64,000 nt of DNA, taken from assembly GCA_028280805.1 (NCBI GenBank), contig JANQLB010000053.1, forward strand, positions 1,372 to 65,371. The letters run 5' to 3'. This document shows, one piece after another, positions 1 through 9,753 of this stretch. The position numbers and the translations under genes were made by a program. Position 1 is the first letter of the stretch. Every line of letters begins with the position of its first letter. Under the pieces are notes generated by a model. That model did no database searches. It was not told the DNA's origin and saw only the letters and a program-made list of their open reading frames with translations. The DNA is from Tissierellales bacterium (GTDB lineage Bacteria; Bacillota; Clostridia; Tissierellales; VENL01).

Positions 1-197
1 TTTTGTGCACATAATTTGATTTCACACTCTCTACAATAAATTGATGTTGTATCTGTCTTACATCCGTGACAATATAAATCTTCTGAATTCATTTTCCATT
101 TTTTTGCTGTTTCTTCTACAAAACCTTTCTCATTAGCTAAAAATACTTCACAAGCACCACAAAATAGACCACAATAAGTATCTAACCTTTTTTTCAC
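1..197 (-). CDS. Cys-rich DUF3795-like zinc-binding protein (5' part only; gene runs off window start)
   Basis: Reverse-complement translation from GTG at 195-197 reads VKKRLDTYCGLFCGACEVFLANEKGFVEETAKKWKMNSEDLYCHGCKTDTTSIYCRECEIKLCAQ. G-rich SD (GGGGGGAA) lies just upstream. The CxxCxxC and CxxC spacing is typical of DUF3795 proteins. Confidence 0.55.
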   Translation of the reverse strand, partial: MKKRLDTYCGLFCGACEVFLANEKGFVEETAKKWKMNSEDLYCHGCKTDTTSIYCRECEIKLCAQ

Positions 198-455
198 CAA
201 TTTCCCCCCTACTACATTAATTTTTCTTTTTATGTCGCCTAACGTCTTGTATTAACAATTTTATCCTAAAAAAACTAACTGGTGGTGCTTCGCACCCGGT
301 AAAGGAATGTCAGTTAATCTATTGTCAATCTAGATTCAGAAACTTACACTGTATCTTCACACTTATTATTTTATCATGTTTTTATATTAATTGTGTATTT
401 ATTATTAAGAATTTATCAAAATTTAAATCTCTTACTTAATATAAATAAGGGGAAT

Positions 456-1205
456 TTATCTTAATGTGTTAATATCGTTTATCAAGTTATCTATATCAAA
501 ATATATATTTTCATATTCTATTTCAGGTCTTTCTATAATTATTACTTTTACACCACATTCTAAAGCTGCGTCAATTTTTTCTCTTGTTCCTCCTATATAT
601 CCACTATCTTTAGTTACAACATATTTAATGTTAAATTGCTTATACATCTCTTTATTAAAGTTTTTAGAAAATGGTCCTTGAATTCCTATTATATGTTTAG
701 GTGAAAATCCGAGACTCAAACATTTTTTGATTGAATTTACTGTAGGAAGTACCCTAACATAAATATTGCTGCTCGTGTTTAAGTATGAAAAATAGTCTAT
801 ATTATTACTCCCTATAGTTAGTAGTATGTTTTTTTTACAGTTTTCTAAAGCTTTTGCGGCTGATCTAAATGATGGATATTTTATTGCTCCTTGATAGTCC
901 ATCTTTTCCCGTTCATACCTAAAATAAGATACAGATAAATTCTTAGCAGCGTTTATGGCGTTTATGGAAACCTCTTGAGCATAAGGATGTGTAGCATCTA
1001 TTAATAATTTAATACCATGGCTTATCATTACGTTCTCCATATCTTTTTGATTTAGGTTAGCTGATATAACCTTCAAATTTTCATGATTTTCTATAAGCTC
1101 AGAACCATAGTCAGTTGATGTTGATGCTAAAATAATGTGTCCTCTATCTAATAAATTTTTTATTATTATCCTGCTGTCTTTCGTCCCTGATAAAATAAAT
1201 ATCAC
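456..1205 (-). CDS. cbiJ: cobalt-precorrin-6A reductase
   Basis: 249 aa. N-terminus MIFILSGTKDSR is typical of CobK/CbiJ. Last gene of a contiguous cbi cluster; its start overlaps the cbiH stop. Confidence 0.85.
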   Translation of the reverse strand: MIFILSGTKDSRIIIKNLLDRGHIILASTSTDYGSELIENHENLKVISANLNQKDMENVMISHGIKLLIDATHPYAQEVSINAINAAKNLSVSYFRYEREKMDYQGAIKYPSFRSAAKALENCKKNILLTIGSNNIDYFSYLNTSSNIYVRVLPTVNSIKKCLSLGFSPKHIIGIQGPFSKNFNKEMYKQFNIKYVVTKDSGYIGGTREKIDAALECGVKVIIIERPEIEYENIYFDIDNLINDINTLR

Positions 1206-1942
1206 AGCTTGTACCCCCTAGGAGTGACTATTTTATTATTTGCAGTATAAGTATTAGAATTGCCGACTATAACTATTGTAACCATGTCTATTTCATAATC
1301 TAGCATCTTTTCTAATGTAGTAATAATAAAACTCTCATCCTTTCTCTTTGCATTTCGCACTATTCCTACCGGAGTCTCTCTACTTTTATATTTTAATAGT
1401 ATATCTCGTGCAGTTTTAATATGATATTGTCTTCCTTGACTTTTAGGATTATAAATACATGTTACAAAATCTCCTTCTCCCGCACAGTGCAATCTCTTTT
1501 TGATTAAATCCCAATCGGTCAATAAATCACTTAGACTTATAACAACATAATCGTGCATTATCGGTGCTCCTAAGATTGATGCAGCAGCATTTGCGGCTGT
1601 AATTCCCGGGATTATTTCAGTTTCAATATCACTGCCTTCATTAATTAAAATTTCTGTCATTATACCTGCCATGCCGTAAACACCAGCATCACCACTACTT
1701 ATTAGTGAAACTGTTTCTCCGTTTTTAGCGTAATTAAGAGCTTTTGTGCATCTATCAATTTCTTTTCTCATCCCTGACGATATTACAATCTTATCTACGA
1801 TTAGGTCATTTATAAAGTCTAGATAAGTTTTATATCCAACTATTACGCTCGATTGATTAATTGCTTTTATAGCTGCCGGAGTAATATGTTCTCTGTTTCC
1901 CGGTCCTAAACCAACTACGTAAATTTTGCCTTTTTTGTTCAT
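1202..1942 (-). CDS. cbiH: cobalt-precorrin-3B C17-methyltransferase
   Basis: Contains the GKIYVVGLGPGN tetrapyrrole methylase motif. Start moved to the MNKKGK Met, giving an ATGA overlap with the cbiG stop at 1939-1942. The ORF-track extension to 2032 lies inside cbiG. Confidence 0.9.
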   Translation of the reverse strand: MNKKGKIYVVGLGPGNREHITPAAIKAINQSSVIVGYKTYLDFINDLIVDKIVISSGMRKEIDRCTKALNYAKNGETVSLISSGDAGVYGMAGIMTEILINEGSDIETEIIPGITAANAAASILGAPIMHDYVVISLSDLLTDWDLIKKRLHCAGEGDFVTCIYNPKSQGRQYHIKTARDILLKYKSRETPVGIVRNAKRKDESFIITTLEKMLDYEIDMVTIVIVGNSNTYTANNKIVTPRGYKL

Positions 1943-2967
1943 TGTATCTCCTCCCATATAGAAAGTGTTATCCCATCGAAACTGGTTTTTTTCATGATGC
2001 TTTTGCCTTTTCCGGAAGCCAGATACCCACAAGGTTCACATACAGCTCCTACTCCTACACTTTTATTTACAAAGTTTGATAATTGAAATTTATCTTGTAC
2101 GCTTTTTATCTCATCTTTGGATATTATCTTAATAGGAACTTCAAAATAAAATGCAGCATCTAAAATTCCTTTTTCATGCTCTTTTATATCTATTGTGGCT
2201 ATCATTTTTACTGACTTAGGATGAAGTTTATATCTATCTAAAGCAAGTTTAATTGATTTAACTATTCTTTCTCCTGATATTCCTTTTTTACAGCCGATAC
2301 CTATGACAATGTTCTTAGGAATAAGATGAACAGTTGAGTGAGTACAATTAATATTTCTCTTATTTGTTATATAAATAATTCCTTCAATATCATAATCATC
2401 ATAATCTTTATTTATGCAAATAACATTATCGGGAAGTTTAATGCTTATTTTAATATCTGACTTTATTCCTACGATTTGACTATTAACAATTTTAGCTGTA
2501 ATATCTTTTGCATCTATCATATTATCAATGTAACATCCAAGTTTTTTTGCAAGCATATCTACTGCTATTACATCATTTACATCTGAAGCAGTAGTTATGA
2601 CAGGAGAACCGCCAATTTTTTCTGATAGATAGATTGCAGCTTCATTACCACCACCTATATGACCAGAAAGCAAGCTTATAATATATTTGCCTTTTTCATC
2701 CATTACAAGAACTGCCGGATCTTTAGTTTTGTCTTGAATATATTTTGCTATTACTCTAACTACAATGCCCGTTGACATAATAAAAACTAAAGTATCATAT
2801 TTGTTAAAAATATCTCCTACAAAATCACTTAAACTACCTTTTATATGTTTATTTTTGCTGTCATTCCACTTTGGAAGAGAGTATATATCAACATAATTTA
2901 ACTTATTCTTTATTTCTTCTGCTTTTTGTAAACCACCTTTAGTAAGTGTAATTACAGCCCATGTCAT
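1939..2967 (-). CDS. cbiG: cobalt-precorrin-5A hydrolase
   Basis: 342 aa of CbiG-like sequence, located between cbiF and cbiH as in anaerobic cbi operons. Confidence 0.85.
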   Translation of the reverse strand: MTWAVITLTKGGLQKAEEIKNKLNYVDIYSLPKWNDSKNKHIKGSLSDFVGDIFNKYDTLVFIMSTGIVVRVIAKYIQDKTKDPAVLVMDEKGKYIISLLSGHIGGGNEAAIYLSEKIGGSPVITTASDVNDVIAVDMLAKKLGCYIDNMIDAKDITAKIVNSQIVGIKSDIKISIKLPDNVICINKDYDDYDIEGIIYITNKRNINCTHSTVHLIPKNIVIGIGCKKGISGERIVKSIKLALDRYKLHPKSVKMIATIDIKEHEKGILDAAFYFEVPIKIISKDEIKSVQDKFQLSNFVNKSVGVGAVCEPCGYLASGKGKSIMKKTSFDGITLSIWEEIQ

Positions 2968-3746
2968 TTTTTAGCACTCCTATACTCATGACTGAATGTC
3001 TTATCATAAAGCTTAGATAAATTATAATTATTACCTAGGAAGTCTCCAACTAGAATCTGAGCTGTTTTTGTTATGTCAGCTTCTTTTACTTTTCTTTCTA
3101 TATCATCCAGAGTACCTTCTACAATTTTCTGATCTTCCCATGTCGCCCTCTGAACTACTGAAACAGGTGTATCTCCTCTATAGTGCTGTTTTAATTTTAA
3201 CACTACTTTATCTATCATATGTACTGATAAAAATATTGCCATTGAAGCTTTATGAGATGCTAATAATTCTAAGCTTTCACTTTCAGGCACTGAAGTTCTT
3301 CCTTCTAACCTAGTACATATAACAGTTTGAGTTACACCAGGAAGAGTGAATTCCTTTTTTAAGACAGCAGCAGATGCAACAAAGGAACTAACTCCCGGAA
3401 TAACCTCACAGTCTATACAAAGTTCTTGTAATTTATCTATTTGTTCTCTTACAGCTCCGTAAATACTAGGGTCTCCTGTATGTACCCTAACAACTTTTTT
3501 ACCGTTTTCAATGCCGTATTTCATTACATCAATAATTTCATCTAAATCCATTACAGCACTATTATAAACCTGACTATTCTTTTTTGCCCATTGTAAAATC
3601 TGTGGATTAACTAAAGAGCCTGCATATATAATTATATCAGCCTCTTTAATTTTATTTTTTCCTTTTACGGTTATAAGTTCGGGATCACCCGGTCCTGCAC
3701 CTATAAAGTATATTTTATTTAAAGAATCTTTTTCTTTAAATGCCAT
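2964..3746 (-). CDS. cbiF: cobalt-precorrin-4 C11-methyltransferase
   Basis: 260 aa with IYFIGAGPGDPELITVKG and the GDPSIYG motif of the CbiF/CobM family. Confidence 0.9.
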   Translation of the reverse strand: MAFKEKDSLNKIYFIGAGPGDPELITVKGKNKIKEADIIIYAGSLVNPQILQWAKKNSQVYNSAVMDLDEIIDVMKYGIENGKKVVRVHTGDPSIYGAVREQIDKLQELCIDCEVIPGVSSFVASAAVLKKEFTLPGVTQTVICTRLEGRTSVPESESLELLASHKASMAIFLSVHMIDKVVLKLKQHYRGDTPVSVVQRATWEDQKIVEGTLDDIERKVKEADITKTAQILVGDFLGNNYNLSKLYDKTFSHEYRSAKK

Positions 3747-3797
3747 GGTATATAACTCCTTTCTATGTAATCAACTAATATTAATTAAAGCTTCTAT

Positions 3798-4508
3798 CTA
3801 TACTTTACTCTGTTTAACTATAAGAGTTGAGAGATAATGTACTTTTTCTTTTCTCAACCTGTCAATGTCATAACATATCTCTTCTTCTTCTGTCCCGCAT
3901 TTAGATACAAGAACAAATTTATTACTATAGCCTTTTGCTTCAAGGATGTCTGCCATCTTGGCACTATCATGTGAGGGCTTCATTATAACTAAATTATCAT
4001 AATCATCTAACATTTTATCCAGACTAAAACAATCCTTCATGAGAGGTAATATTCCCAAGGTTTCCTCTTTAGTACATAAGGGTATATTTACTCTGCCAGC
4101 TACAGCACAAAATGAAGTAATTCCGGGAATTGTTTCTATCTGTATTCCTTTGCTTTTTAAGTGCGGCAATAAATTGATATATGTACTAAATACCATAGGA
4201 TCACCTATAGTAATAAATCCTATATTTTTACCTTTATCTATTTCATTTTTTATCACCACTGAGTTTTCTAATGCTTTTGATGTTACAGCTTCTTTATCAT
4301 GAGTCATAGGAAATGTTAAAAATATTATCTCTGTATTCTCCTTAAGATATTGTCTAACTATATTTAATGCAATACTATCTTTATCTTTCTTAGCTTCAGG
4401 GCATATTATTATATCTACATATTGCAATGTTTTTACTGCCTTTATAGTTATTAGTTCCGGGTCACCCGGTCCCACACCAATTCCATAAAATTTTGCCACA
4501 ATAATCAC
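3798..4508 (-). CDS. cbiL: cobalt-precorrin-2 C20-methyltransferase
   Basis: 236 aa with the FYGIGVGPGDPELITIKA motif. Position in the cluster fits cbiL. Confidence 0.85.
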   Translation of the reverse strand: MIIVAKFYGIGVGPGDPELITIKAVKTLQYVDIIICPEAKKDKDSIALNIVRQYLKENTEIIFLTFPMTHDKEAVTSKALENSVVIKNEIDKGKNIGFITIGDPMVFSTYINLLPHLKSKGIQIETIPGITSFCAVAGRVNIPLCTKEETLGILPLMKDCFSLDKMLDDYDNLVIMKPSHDSAKMADILEAKGYSNKFVLVSKCGTEEEEICYDIDRLRKEKVHYLSTLIVKQSKV

Positions 4509-5098
4509 TCCTTAGCTGCTGAAATTATATAAACGGGATTGTAACCTTCCATCATTGTTAAATCAGCTAAACTTCTACCTTTAGAAACAGATATTTGTAC
4601 TACATCTATTTCTTTATAAGATCTTATTTTTAATAATTCCAGTCCTCTATACATGTTTTCCAGAGTTATAAAGTTCATAACCAGTCTTCCACCTTGGTTT
4701 AAATTAATTTCTAACCACTGAAATATTTCATCTAATTTACCGCCGCTGCCTCCGATAATTACTTTGTCTACATTAGATACTTCTTTGATAATTTCAGGTG
4801 CAGTTCCTTTAATTAATTCTATATTCTTAACATTAAAAGCATTGATGTTTTGTTGTATTAATTTAATGTTATTATCTTTTTTTTCAACAGAATATACTTT
4901 TCCCTTGTTGGCTGTTAAAGCACATTCTATAGAGATTGAACCTGTCCCTGCTCCTATATCAACTATTTTGTCGTCTTTTTTAAGCATAAGCTTGCTAAGG
5001 GTCACACTTCTTATCTCCAGTTTTGTCATAGGAGCCTGCCCTCTAATAAATAAATCATCAGGAATTCCATGAGTCTTATACGGCCATCTGCTATTCAT
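4505..5098 (-). CDS. cbiT: cobalt-precorrin-6B C15-methyltransferase (decarboxylating)
   Basis: 197 aa. Has GIPDDLFIRGQAPMTKLEIRS and the class I SAM-binding DIGAGTGS motif typical of CbiT. Confidence 0.88.
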   Translation of the reverse strand: MNSRWPYKTHGIPDDLFIRGQAPMTKLEIRSVTLSKLMLKKDDKIVDIGAGTGSISIECALTANKGKVYSVEKKDNNIKLIQQNINAFNVKNIELIKGTAPEIIKEVSNVDKVIIGGSGGKLDEIFQWLEINLNQGGRLVMNFITLENMYRGLELLKIRSYKEIDVVQISVSKGRSLADLTMMEGYNPVYIISAAKE

Positions 5099-5711
5099 GA
5101 ATTATCACCACCACACATAAACCGTAGTCAGTATTTTTACTTACGCTTTTAATATCTAACTTTGTTATTTTTTCATTTTCATATGATAAATTTTCTCCAA
5201 TATATATTACTCTATCTTTAATTTCTTCATTAATTAATTCTTGACTAATTTTAAAAGGAGTCCATTTTTTATCGGTAAGCAGTCCTACTTTCTTGTATTT
5301 TCTTACTTTTTTAACAAAATCATTTTCTCTACCGTGAAGACTTCCTATATAAGCATCTTCCCAGCTTTCACCTATGCTAGCAAACATATACTGCATTGAA
5401 CTTATTCCGGGGATGACTTGTAATAGTTCTGTAGTAAAATGCTTTTTTAAAAATCTTAAAAAACTATAAAATCCTGTATCTCCAGAAACTATAACAGCTA
5501 TTTTGTTAGTAATGTAATTGTCTTTTATAAAGTCAATAATTTCATAAAGATTATTCTTAATCTCAAAGATTTTTTTATCTTTTAAGTCAATACTTTTTAA
5601 GTTTCTCTTAGCCCCTATAATAATATCTGAATTGTTAACTGCCCTTACTGCCTTGGGTAAAATATAATCTTTATGACCCGGACCTAAGCCTATAACTTTT
5701 ATTTTATTCAT
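5091..5711 (-). CDS. cbiE: cobalt-precorrin-7 C5-methyltransferase
   Basis: 206 aa with the IKVIGLGPG methylase motif, adjacent to cbiT. Confidence 0.85.
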   Translation of the reverse strand: MNKIKVIGLGPGHKDYILPKAVRAVNNSDIIIGAKRNLKSIDLKDKKIFEIKNNLYEIIDFIKDNYITNKIAVIVSGDTGFYSFLRFLKKHFTTELLQVIPGISSMQYMFASIGESWEDAYIGSLHGRENDFVKKVRKYKKVGLLTDKKWTPFKISQELINEEIKDRVIYIGENLSYENEKITKLDIKSVSKNTDYGLCVVVIIHE

Positions 5712-6861
5712 TTATAAATTCCTCCATAATAAGCTTACCATTATTGCATAAACCCAGTTGTCCATATTGATTTGAAAATATTAAAGTTCCAATTTTTATT
5801 TCATTATAGATTCTCTGCTCACATTTTTGTGTAATTTTTTCTGCTAATATGTTAAAAACCTCGTCAAGCTTAAAAATTTTTATATGTTTTACTGCCTCAT
5901 CTGTAGTTATGCTTTCCATGATTTTTTTTATTTGCTGAGGCGAACACCCTAATAATGCACAATTGGCAGCTAATATTTCCATTCTTCCGTCAGCTATCTT
6001 ACTATGGGTATGAAATATGCCCCCTGCTACCTTTACCATTTTTCCGATATGACCTATAAACATTATTTGTTTAAATCCATTTTCGAGAGCTTTATCTAAC
6101 ATGTATCCAATATAATTACTTGTTTTGACTAAAATATCATCTATGTTAAATCTACAATTGTTTGCTAAAAGAAGTCTTTCAGCAAAGTCTCTACCATAAT
6201 TACCCGGTGAAAAAATAATCGTTTTTACTCCTTTTTCTTTTAAAACAGATAATTCTAATGCCAAAGATTCTTTCACTGCATCTTCAGACATAGGTTCAAC
6301 TATTCCGGTAGTTCCTATAATTGAAATGCCCCCGACTATACCTAATTTAGGATTAAATGTCTTTTTAGCAATATTTACTCCTTCCGGAGCATATATTTTT
6401 ATATTTATTCCTTGTCCTTCCGGCAGTACCTTCTCTACTTCTTGATGTATCATTTTTAAAGGGACAGGATTTATAGCATATTGCCCAACAGGTACGGATA
6501 ATCCGGATTTTGTGACCTTGCCTATGCCAATTCCACCTTCAATCTTTATTTCTGGATATTTGATTTTTACAGCTTCTGCATAAATCTTTATACCATTTGT
6601 AACATCAGGATCATCTCCACTGTCCTTTATAATACAGCAACTGCTACTATTTTCACCAATTACCGGCTCTATAACTGATAAGTTTAATTCCCACCCCTTG
6701 GGAGTGTCTATTTTTATGCTGTCAATTTTCTTTTTTGTATAGAGCATTTTAACTGCTGCCTTGGATGCGGCAGCCGCACATGACCCTGTAGTATATCCAT
6801 ATCTTAACTTTTTTCTATCCTTGGTTACAAACTTGTCAAGCTTATCTCTTAAACAGTTCAT
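5704..6861 (-). CDS. cbiD: cobalt-precorrin-5B C1-methyltransferase
   Basis: LRYGYTTGSCAAAASKAA is the CbiD signature. Start placed at MNCLRD, behind SD GGGAGG; the ORF-track start is 6882. Confidence 0.9.
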   Translation of the reverse strand: MNCLRDKLDKFVTKDRKKLRYGYTTGSCAAAASKAAVKMLYTKKKIDSIKIDTPKGWELNLSVIEPVIGENSSSCCIIKDSGDDPDVTNGIKIYAEAVKIKYPEIKIEGGIGIGKVTKSGLSVPVGQYAINPVPLKMIHQEVEKVLPEGQGINIKIYAPEGVNIAKKTFNPKLGIVGGISIIGTTGIVEPMSEDAVKESLALELSVLKEKGVKTIIFSPGNYGRDFAERLLLANNCRFNIDDILVKTSNYIGYMLDKALENGFKQIMFIGHIGKMVKVAGGIFHTHSKIADGRMEILAANCALLGCSPQQIKKIMESITTDEAVKHIKIFKLDEVFNILAEKITQKCEQRIYNEIKIGTLIFSNQYGQLGLCNNGKLIMEEFINE

Positions 6862-6882
6862 AGTTAAACCTCCCGGCAGCAA

Positions 6883-7506
6883 TTAAATCATATATAGTAA
6901 TGAATTTATTATGGAAGCTGCAACTGTGCTGCCTCCTTTTCTACCTCGGGTTACAATGTATGGAACGTCAATCTTCATAAGTGCTTCTTTTGATTCTTCT
7001 GCACCTACAAATCCCACCGGTACTCCAATTACTAAGTCAGGCTTTGATATACCTTTTTCGACCATTTTTATGAGCGTAAATAATGCCGTAGGAGCATTTC
7101 CAATGGCATAAATTTTAATTTTTTCATACGTCAAAGCTTTTTCAATGGAAACCATAGATCTAGTTATACCTCTTTCTTTAGCTTTTATATATACATCTTC
7201 ATCATGAACAAAATTACATATTTCTCCGCCAAGTTCAATAAATTTTCTCTTATTAACTCCAGCCTTAATCATTTGAGTATCCGTATATATATTACAACCT
7301 TTCTTCAATGCAGCTATTCCGTTGTCTATAGCTTTAGGATGAATTTCAATCAAGTCTGCATATTCAAAATCTGCGGTTGTATGTATAACTCTCTTTATAA
7401 CTTTACTTGTTTTTTCATTAAATCTGCTATTTTTTTCTCCAAGCTCCTTAGTTATTATCTCAAAGCTTGTATCTTCTATTTTCTTTGGGTCTTTTAAATA
7501 ATTCAT
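6883..7506 (-). CDS. cbiC: cobalt-precorrin-8 methylmutase
   Basis: 207 aa with the VIHTTADFEY and GNAPTAL motifs of CbiC/CobH. Confidence 0.9.
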   Translation of the reverse strand: MNYLKDPKKIEDTSFEIITKELGEKNSRFNEKTSKVIKRVIHTTADFEYADLIEIHPKAIDNGIAALKKGCNIYTDTQMIKAGVNKRKFIELGGEICNFVHDEDVYIKAKERGITRSMVSIEKALTYEKIKIYAIGNAPTALFTLIKMVEKGISKPDLVIGVPVGFVGAEESKEALMKIDVPYIVTRGRKGGSTVAASIINSLLYMI

Positions 7507-7551
7507 AGTTTCACTTCCTTGCTTTTAAACTTTCGTATAAACTTATGTGTA

Positions 7552-8922
7552 TTAAACATTTTCTAATTTTCTCTTTTTCATTTTTTCAATAAGCTTAGAA
7601 AGAAAATCAGTATTACTGTAAAAGTGAATATGAGCATATGCAGCTAAAGTGTTTTTCTTGTATATACCACACTTCCATTTATTTTTTATTTCTCCATTTC
7701 TAATCTTATATACCTCATAAATATATTTTAACTTATCATTATCTTCAATTAGTGATCTATGAAATTCATGTCCTTTTGTATCTATATTATTGTTAATTTT
7801 TATGTTAATATATCCAAATCTTTGAAGTCTTTTTGTCATTTTAGATTTAGTTGGAATAAATCCTACCATATTAAATTTTTCTCCATCTAAACTCTCTATT
7901 TTTTGAGTTAGATACATAAGACCCCCGCATTCTGCATAAGCAGGCATACCATTTTCTAAATGTCTTCTTAAGTTCTGCCTAAATATTTTATTGTCCTCAA
8001 GTTGTTTAGCAAAAACTTCTGGAAATCCTCCCCCTATATATAACCCATCTACATTTTGAGGTATATCTTTATCTCTCATGGGACTGAATTTTTCTATATT
8101 TACGCCCAGCTCCTTTAAGAGAGTTAAATTATCCTCATAATAAAAGCTAAATGCTTCATCTTTAGCTATCCCTATAGTTAGTCCTTCTGCTTTAAAGTTT
8201 AAATGCTGATTAGGATTTTTAACTATCGGCAACTTTTCAACGTCACCTGCAATCTTAAGTAACATATCTAAGTCTATAAACTTTTCTATAAGTTTTGATA
8301 ACTTTTCAATTTTTAAATCTAGTCCACATATCTCTTCATTGGGTATTAACCCTAAATGTCTACTTTGTAAAGATATATCAGAATGAAAAGGCAGGTAACC
8401 TATACAAGGAATTTTTACATCCCTCTCAATAACTGTTTTAATCATTTCATAATGAACTTCACTAGATATATTATTTAAAATTATCCCTTTGATATTAATA
8501 TCTTTATCATACAGCTTATATCCTAGTGCCATGGCAGCCGCACTTGTAGACATAGCTCTAGCATCTATAATTAAAATGACCGGAGTTTTTAGTATTTTAG
8601 AAACATGAGCTGAACTACCTGTATATTTTTCTATTCCAAATCCATCATATAATCCCATAACTCCTTCTATAACACTTATATCCTTATCTTTCATACTTCT
8701 TTGAAATAAAAACTTTAAGGTATGTTCATCAAATAACCAGCTATCAAGATTATGTGATGAGTTACCCGTAACGTATTTATGAAATCCGGGGTCTATATAA
8801 TCAGGACCAACCTTATATGGAGAAACGTTATTTCCCTTTTTAGTTAGAGCTTTCATTATGCCTAAGGATATGGTAGTTTTACCAACTCCACTGGCTGTAC
8901 CTGCAATCATAATTCTTTTCAT
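7552..8922 (-). CDS. cbiA: cobyrinate a,c-diamide synthase
   Basis: IAGTASGVGKTT P-loop plus a C-terminal glutamine amidotransferase domain (AECGG). Start placed at the MKRIM Met, 9 nt after AAGGAAGG; the ORF-track start is 8931. Confidence 0.9.
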   Translation of the reverse strand: MKRIMIAGTASGVGKTTISLGIMKALTKKGNNVSPYKVGPDYIDPGFHKYVTGNSSHNLDSWLFDEHTLKFLFQRSMKDKDISVIEGVMGLYDGFGIEKYTGSSAHVSKILKTPVILIIDARAMSTSAAAMALGYKLYDKDINIKGIILNNISSEVHYEMIKTVIERDVKIPCIGYLPFHSDISLQSRHLGLIPNEEICGLDLKIEKLSKLIEKFIDLDMLLKIAGDVEKLPIVKNPNQHLNFKAEGLTIGIAKDEAFSFYYEDNLTLLKELGVNIEKFSPMRDKDIPQNVDGLYIGGGFPEVFAKQLEDNKIFRQNLRRHLENGMPAYAECGGLMYLTQKIESLDGEKFNMVGFIPTKSKMTKRLQRFGYINIKINNNIDTKGHEFHRSLIEDNDKLKYIYEVYKIRNGEIKNKWKCGIYKKNTLAAYAHIHFYSNTDFLSKLIEKMKKRKLENV

Positions 8923-8967
8923 ATGCTGCATCCTTCCTTATTTAACTTATATATCTATAAAATTTTC

Positions 8968-9753
8968 TTAACCTGAAGTCATTTTTTGTGCAATGTAGTA
9001 TGGACATTTATTTGTTGAGTCTTCTAAGACATCTGCTTCAATGTGAAAAACTTTTCTAAGTAAGTCTTTGTGAATTAAACTTTTAGAATCTCCATGACTA
9101 TATACTTTTCCTTCTTTGATTACATAAATTTTATGAGAGTAACGAATAGCTTGATTAATATTATGAAGAACCATAATAATTGTTAAATTTAAGGTTTCAT
9201 TTAATTCTTTAACCAACTCTAATATTTCAAGCTGATAAGAAATATCTAAAAATGTAGTAGGTTCGTCAAGAACTAATATCTCTGGTTTTTGAGCCAAAGC
9301 CATTGCTATCCAAGCTCGCTGTTGTTCTCCACCGGATAAAGTTCCTACTCTTCTGTCTTTCATATGTTCTATACCTGTCTTTTTAACTGCCCAGTCAATA
9401 ATTTCAAAATCCTTTTTTTTGAGTCTATTACCAAAGCCTAAGTGAGGGTATCTACCGTAGGAAACTAAGGTTTCTACAGAAAAATCACTTGGAACATTCC
9501 TTACCTGAGGTAAAACTGCTATCTTTTTAGCAGCTTTTTTTGTATCAATGATATGAATGTCTTTATCCTCTAAAAGAATTTTTCCTCTTGAGGGTTTTAA
9601 ATACCTTGATAAAGCTTTTAATATTGTTGACTTACCACAGCCATTTGGTCCTATGATAGTTACTATCTCACCTTTAGTAATGGATATGTTTAAATCTTTT
9701 ATAACTTCTTTACTCCCATATTTTAAGCAGATATTCTTGGTTTGTAAAATCAT
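8968..9753 (-). CDS. ABC transporter ATP-binding protein, FecE/BtuD type (corrinoid or metal-chelate uptake)
   Basis: Walker A GPNGCGKST, signature LSGGEQQR, Walker B LVLDEPT. Embedded in the riboswitch-controlled cbi operon. Confidence 0.85.
   Translation of the reverse strand: MILQTKNICLKYGSKEVIKDLNISITKGEIVTIIGPNGCGKSTILKALSRYLKPSRGKILLEDKDIHIIDTKKAAKKIAVLPQVRNVPSDFSVETLVSYGRYPHLGFGNRLKKKDFEIIDWAVKKTGIEHMKDRRVGTLSGGEQQRAWIAMALAQKPEILVLDEPTTFLDISYQLEILELVKELNETLNLTIIMVLHNINQAIRYSHKIYVIKEGKVYSHGDSKSLIHKDLLRKVFHIEADVLEDSTNKCPYYIAQKMTSG

Noticed and set aside
240-330. Possible riboswitch or tRNA-like G+C-rich patch (CTGGTGGTGCTTCGCACCCGGTAAAGG) between cbiJ and the DUF3795 gene.
   Set aside because: Only a 5-bp hairpin, GGTGC-ttc-GCACC, is evident. 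There is no match to any aptamer core or tRNA arm I know. Most simply it is a weak terminator of the cbi operon, since a U-run follows 9 nt downstream on the minus strand.
466-681. Antisense ORFs from the six-frame track that lie inside well-supported genes: 466-681, 3068-3313, 4039-4302, 4764-5072, 6911-7111, 7204-7497, 9557-9817, 11152-11709, 16266-16475, 18551-18895, 20262-20459, 21800-22024, 22885-23103, 24083-24271, 26213-26434, 28636-28905, 30966-31205, 34190-34486, 35206-35409, 39968-40297, 41918-42169, 43727-44155, 45970-46170, 46481-46672, 48100-48303, 49865-50112, 56447-56638, 57426-57656, 60648-60836, 61242-61430, 63712-63948.
   Set aside because: Each overlaps, on the opposite strand, a gene with clear family motifs. 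Their translations are low-complexity Ile/Leu/Phe/Ser-rich strings typical of the antisense frame in AT-rich DNA. None has a Shine-Dalgarno sequence.
1943-2032. 5' extensions of ORF-track models: cbiH to 2032, cbiD to 6882, cbiA to 8931, the lipoprotein to 11888, cbiK to 13130, sspH to 23108, murI to 29039, glnS to 32303, the permease to 41903, the regulator to 55833 and the N-rich protein from 60019.
   Set aside because: In each case an internal start codon has a properly spaced SD, and/or the extension overlaps the upstream gene or lacks homology to the family N-terminus.
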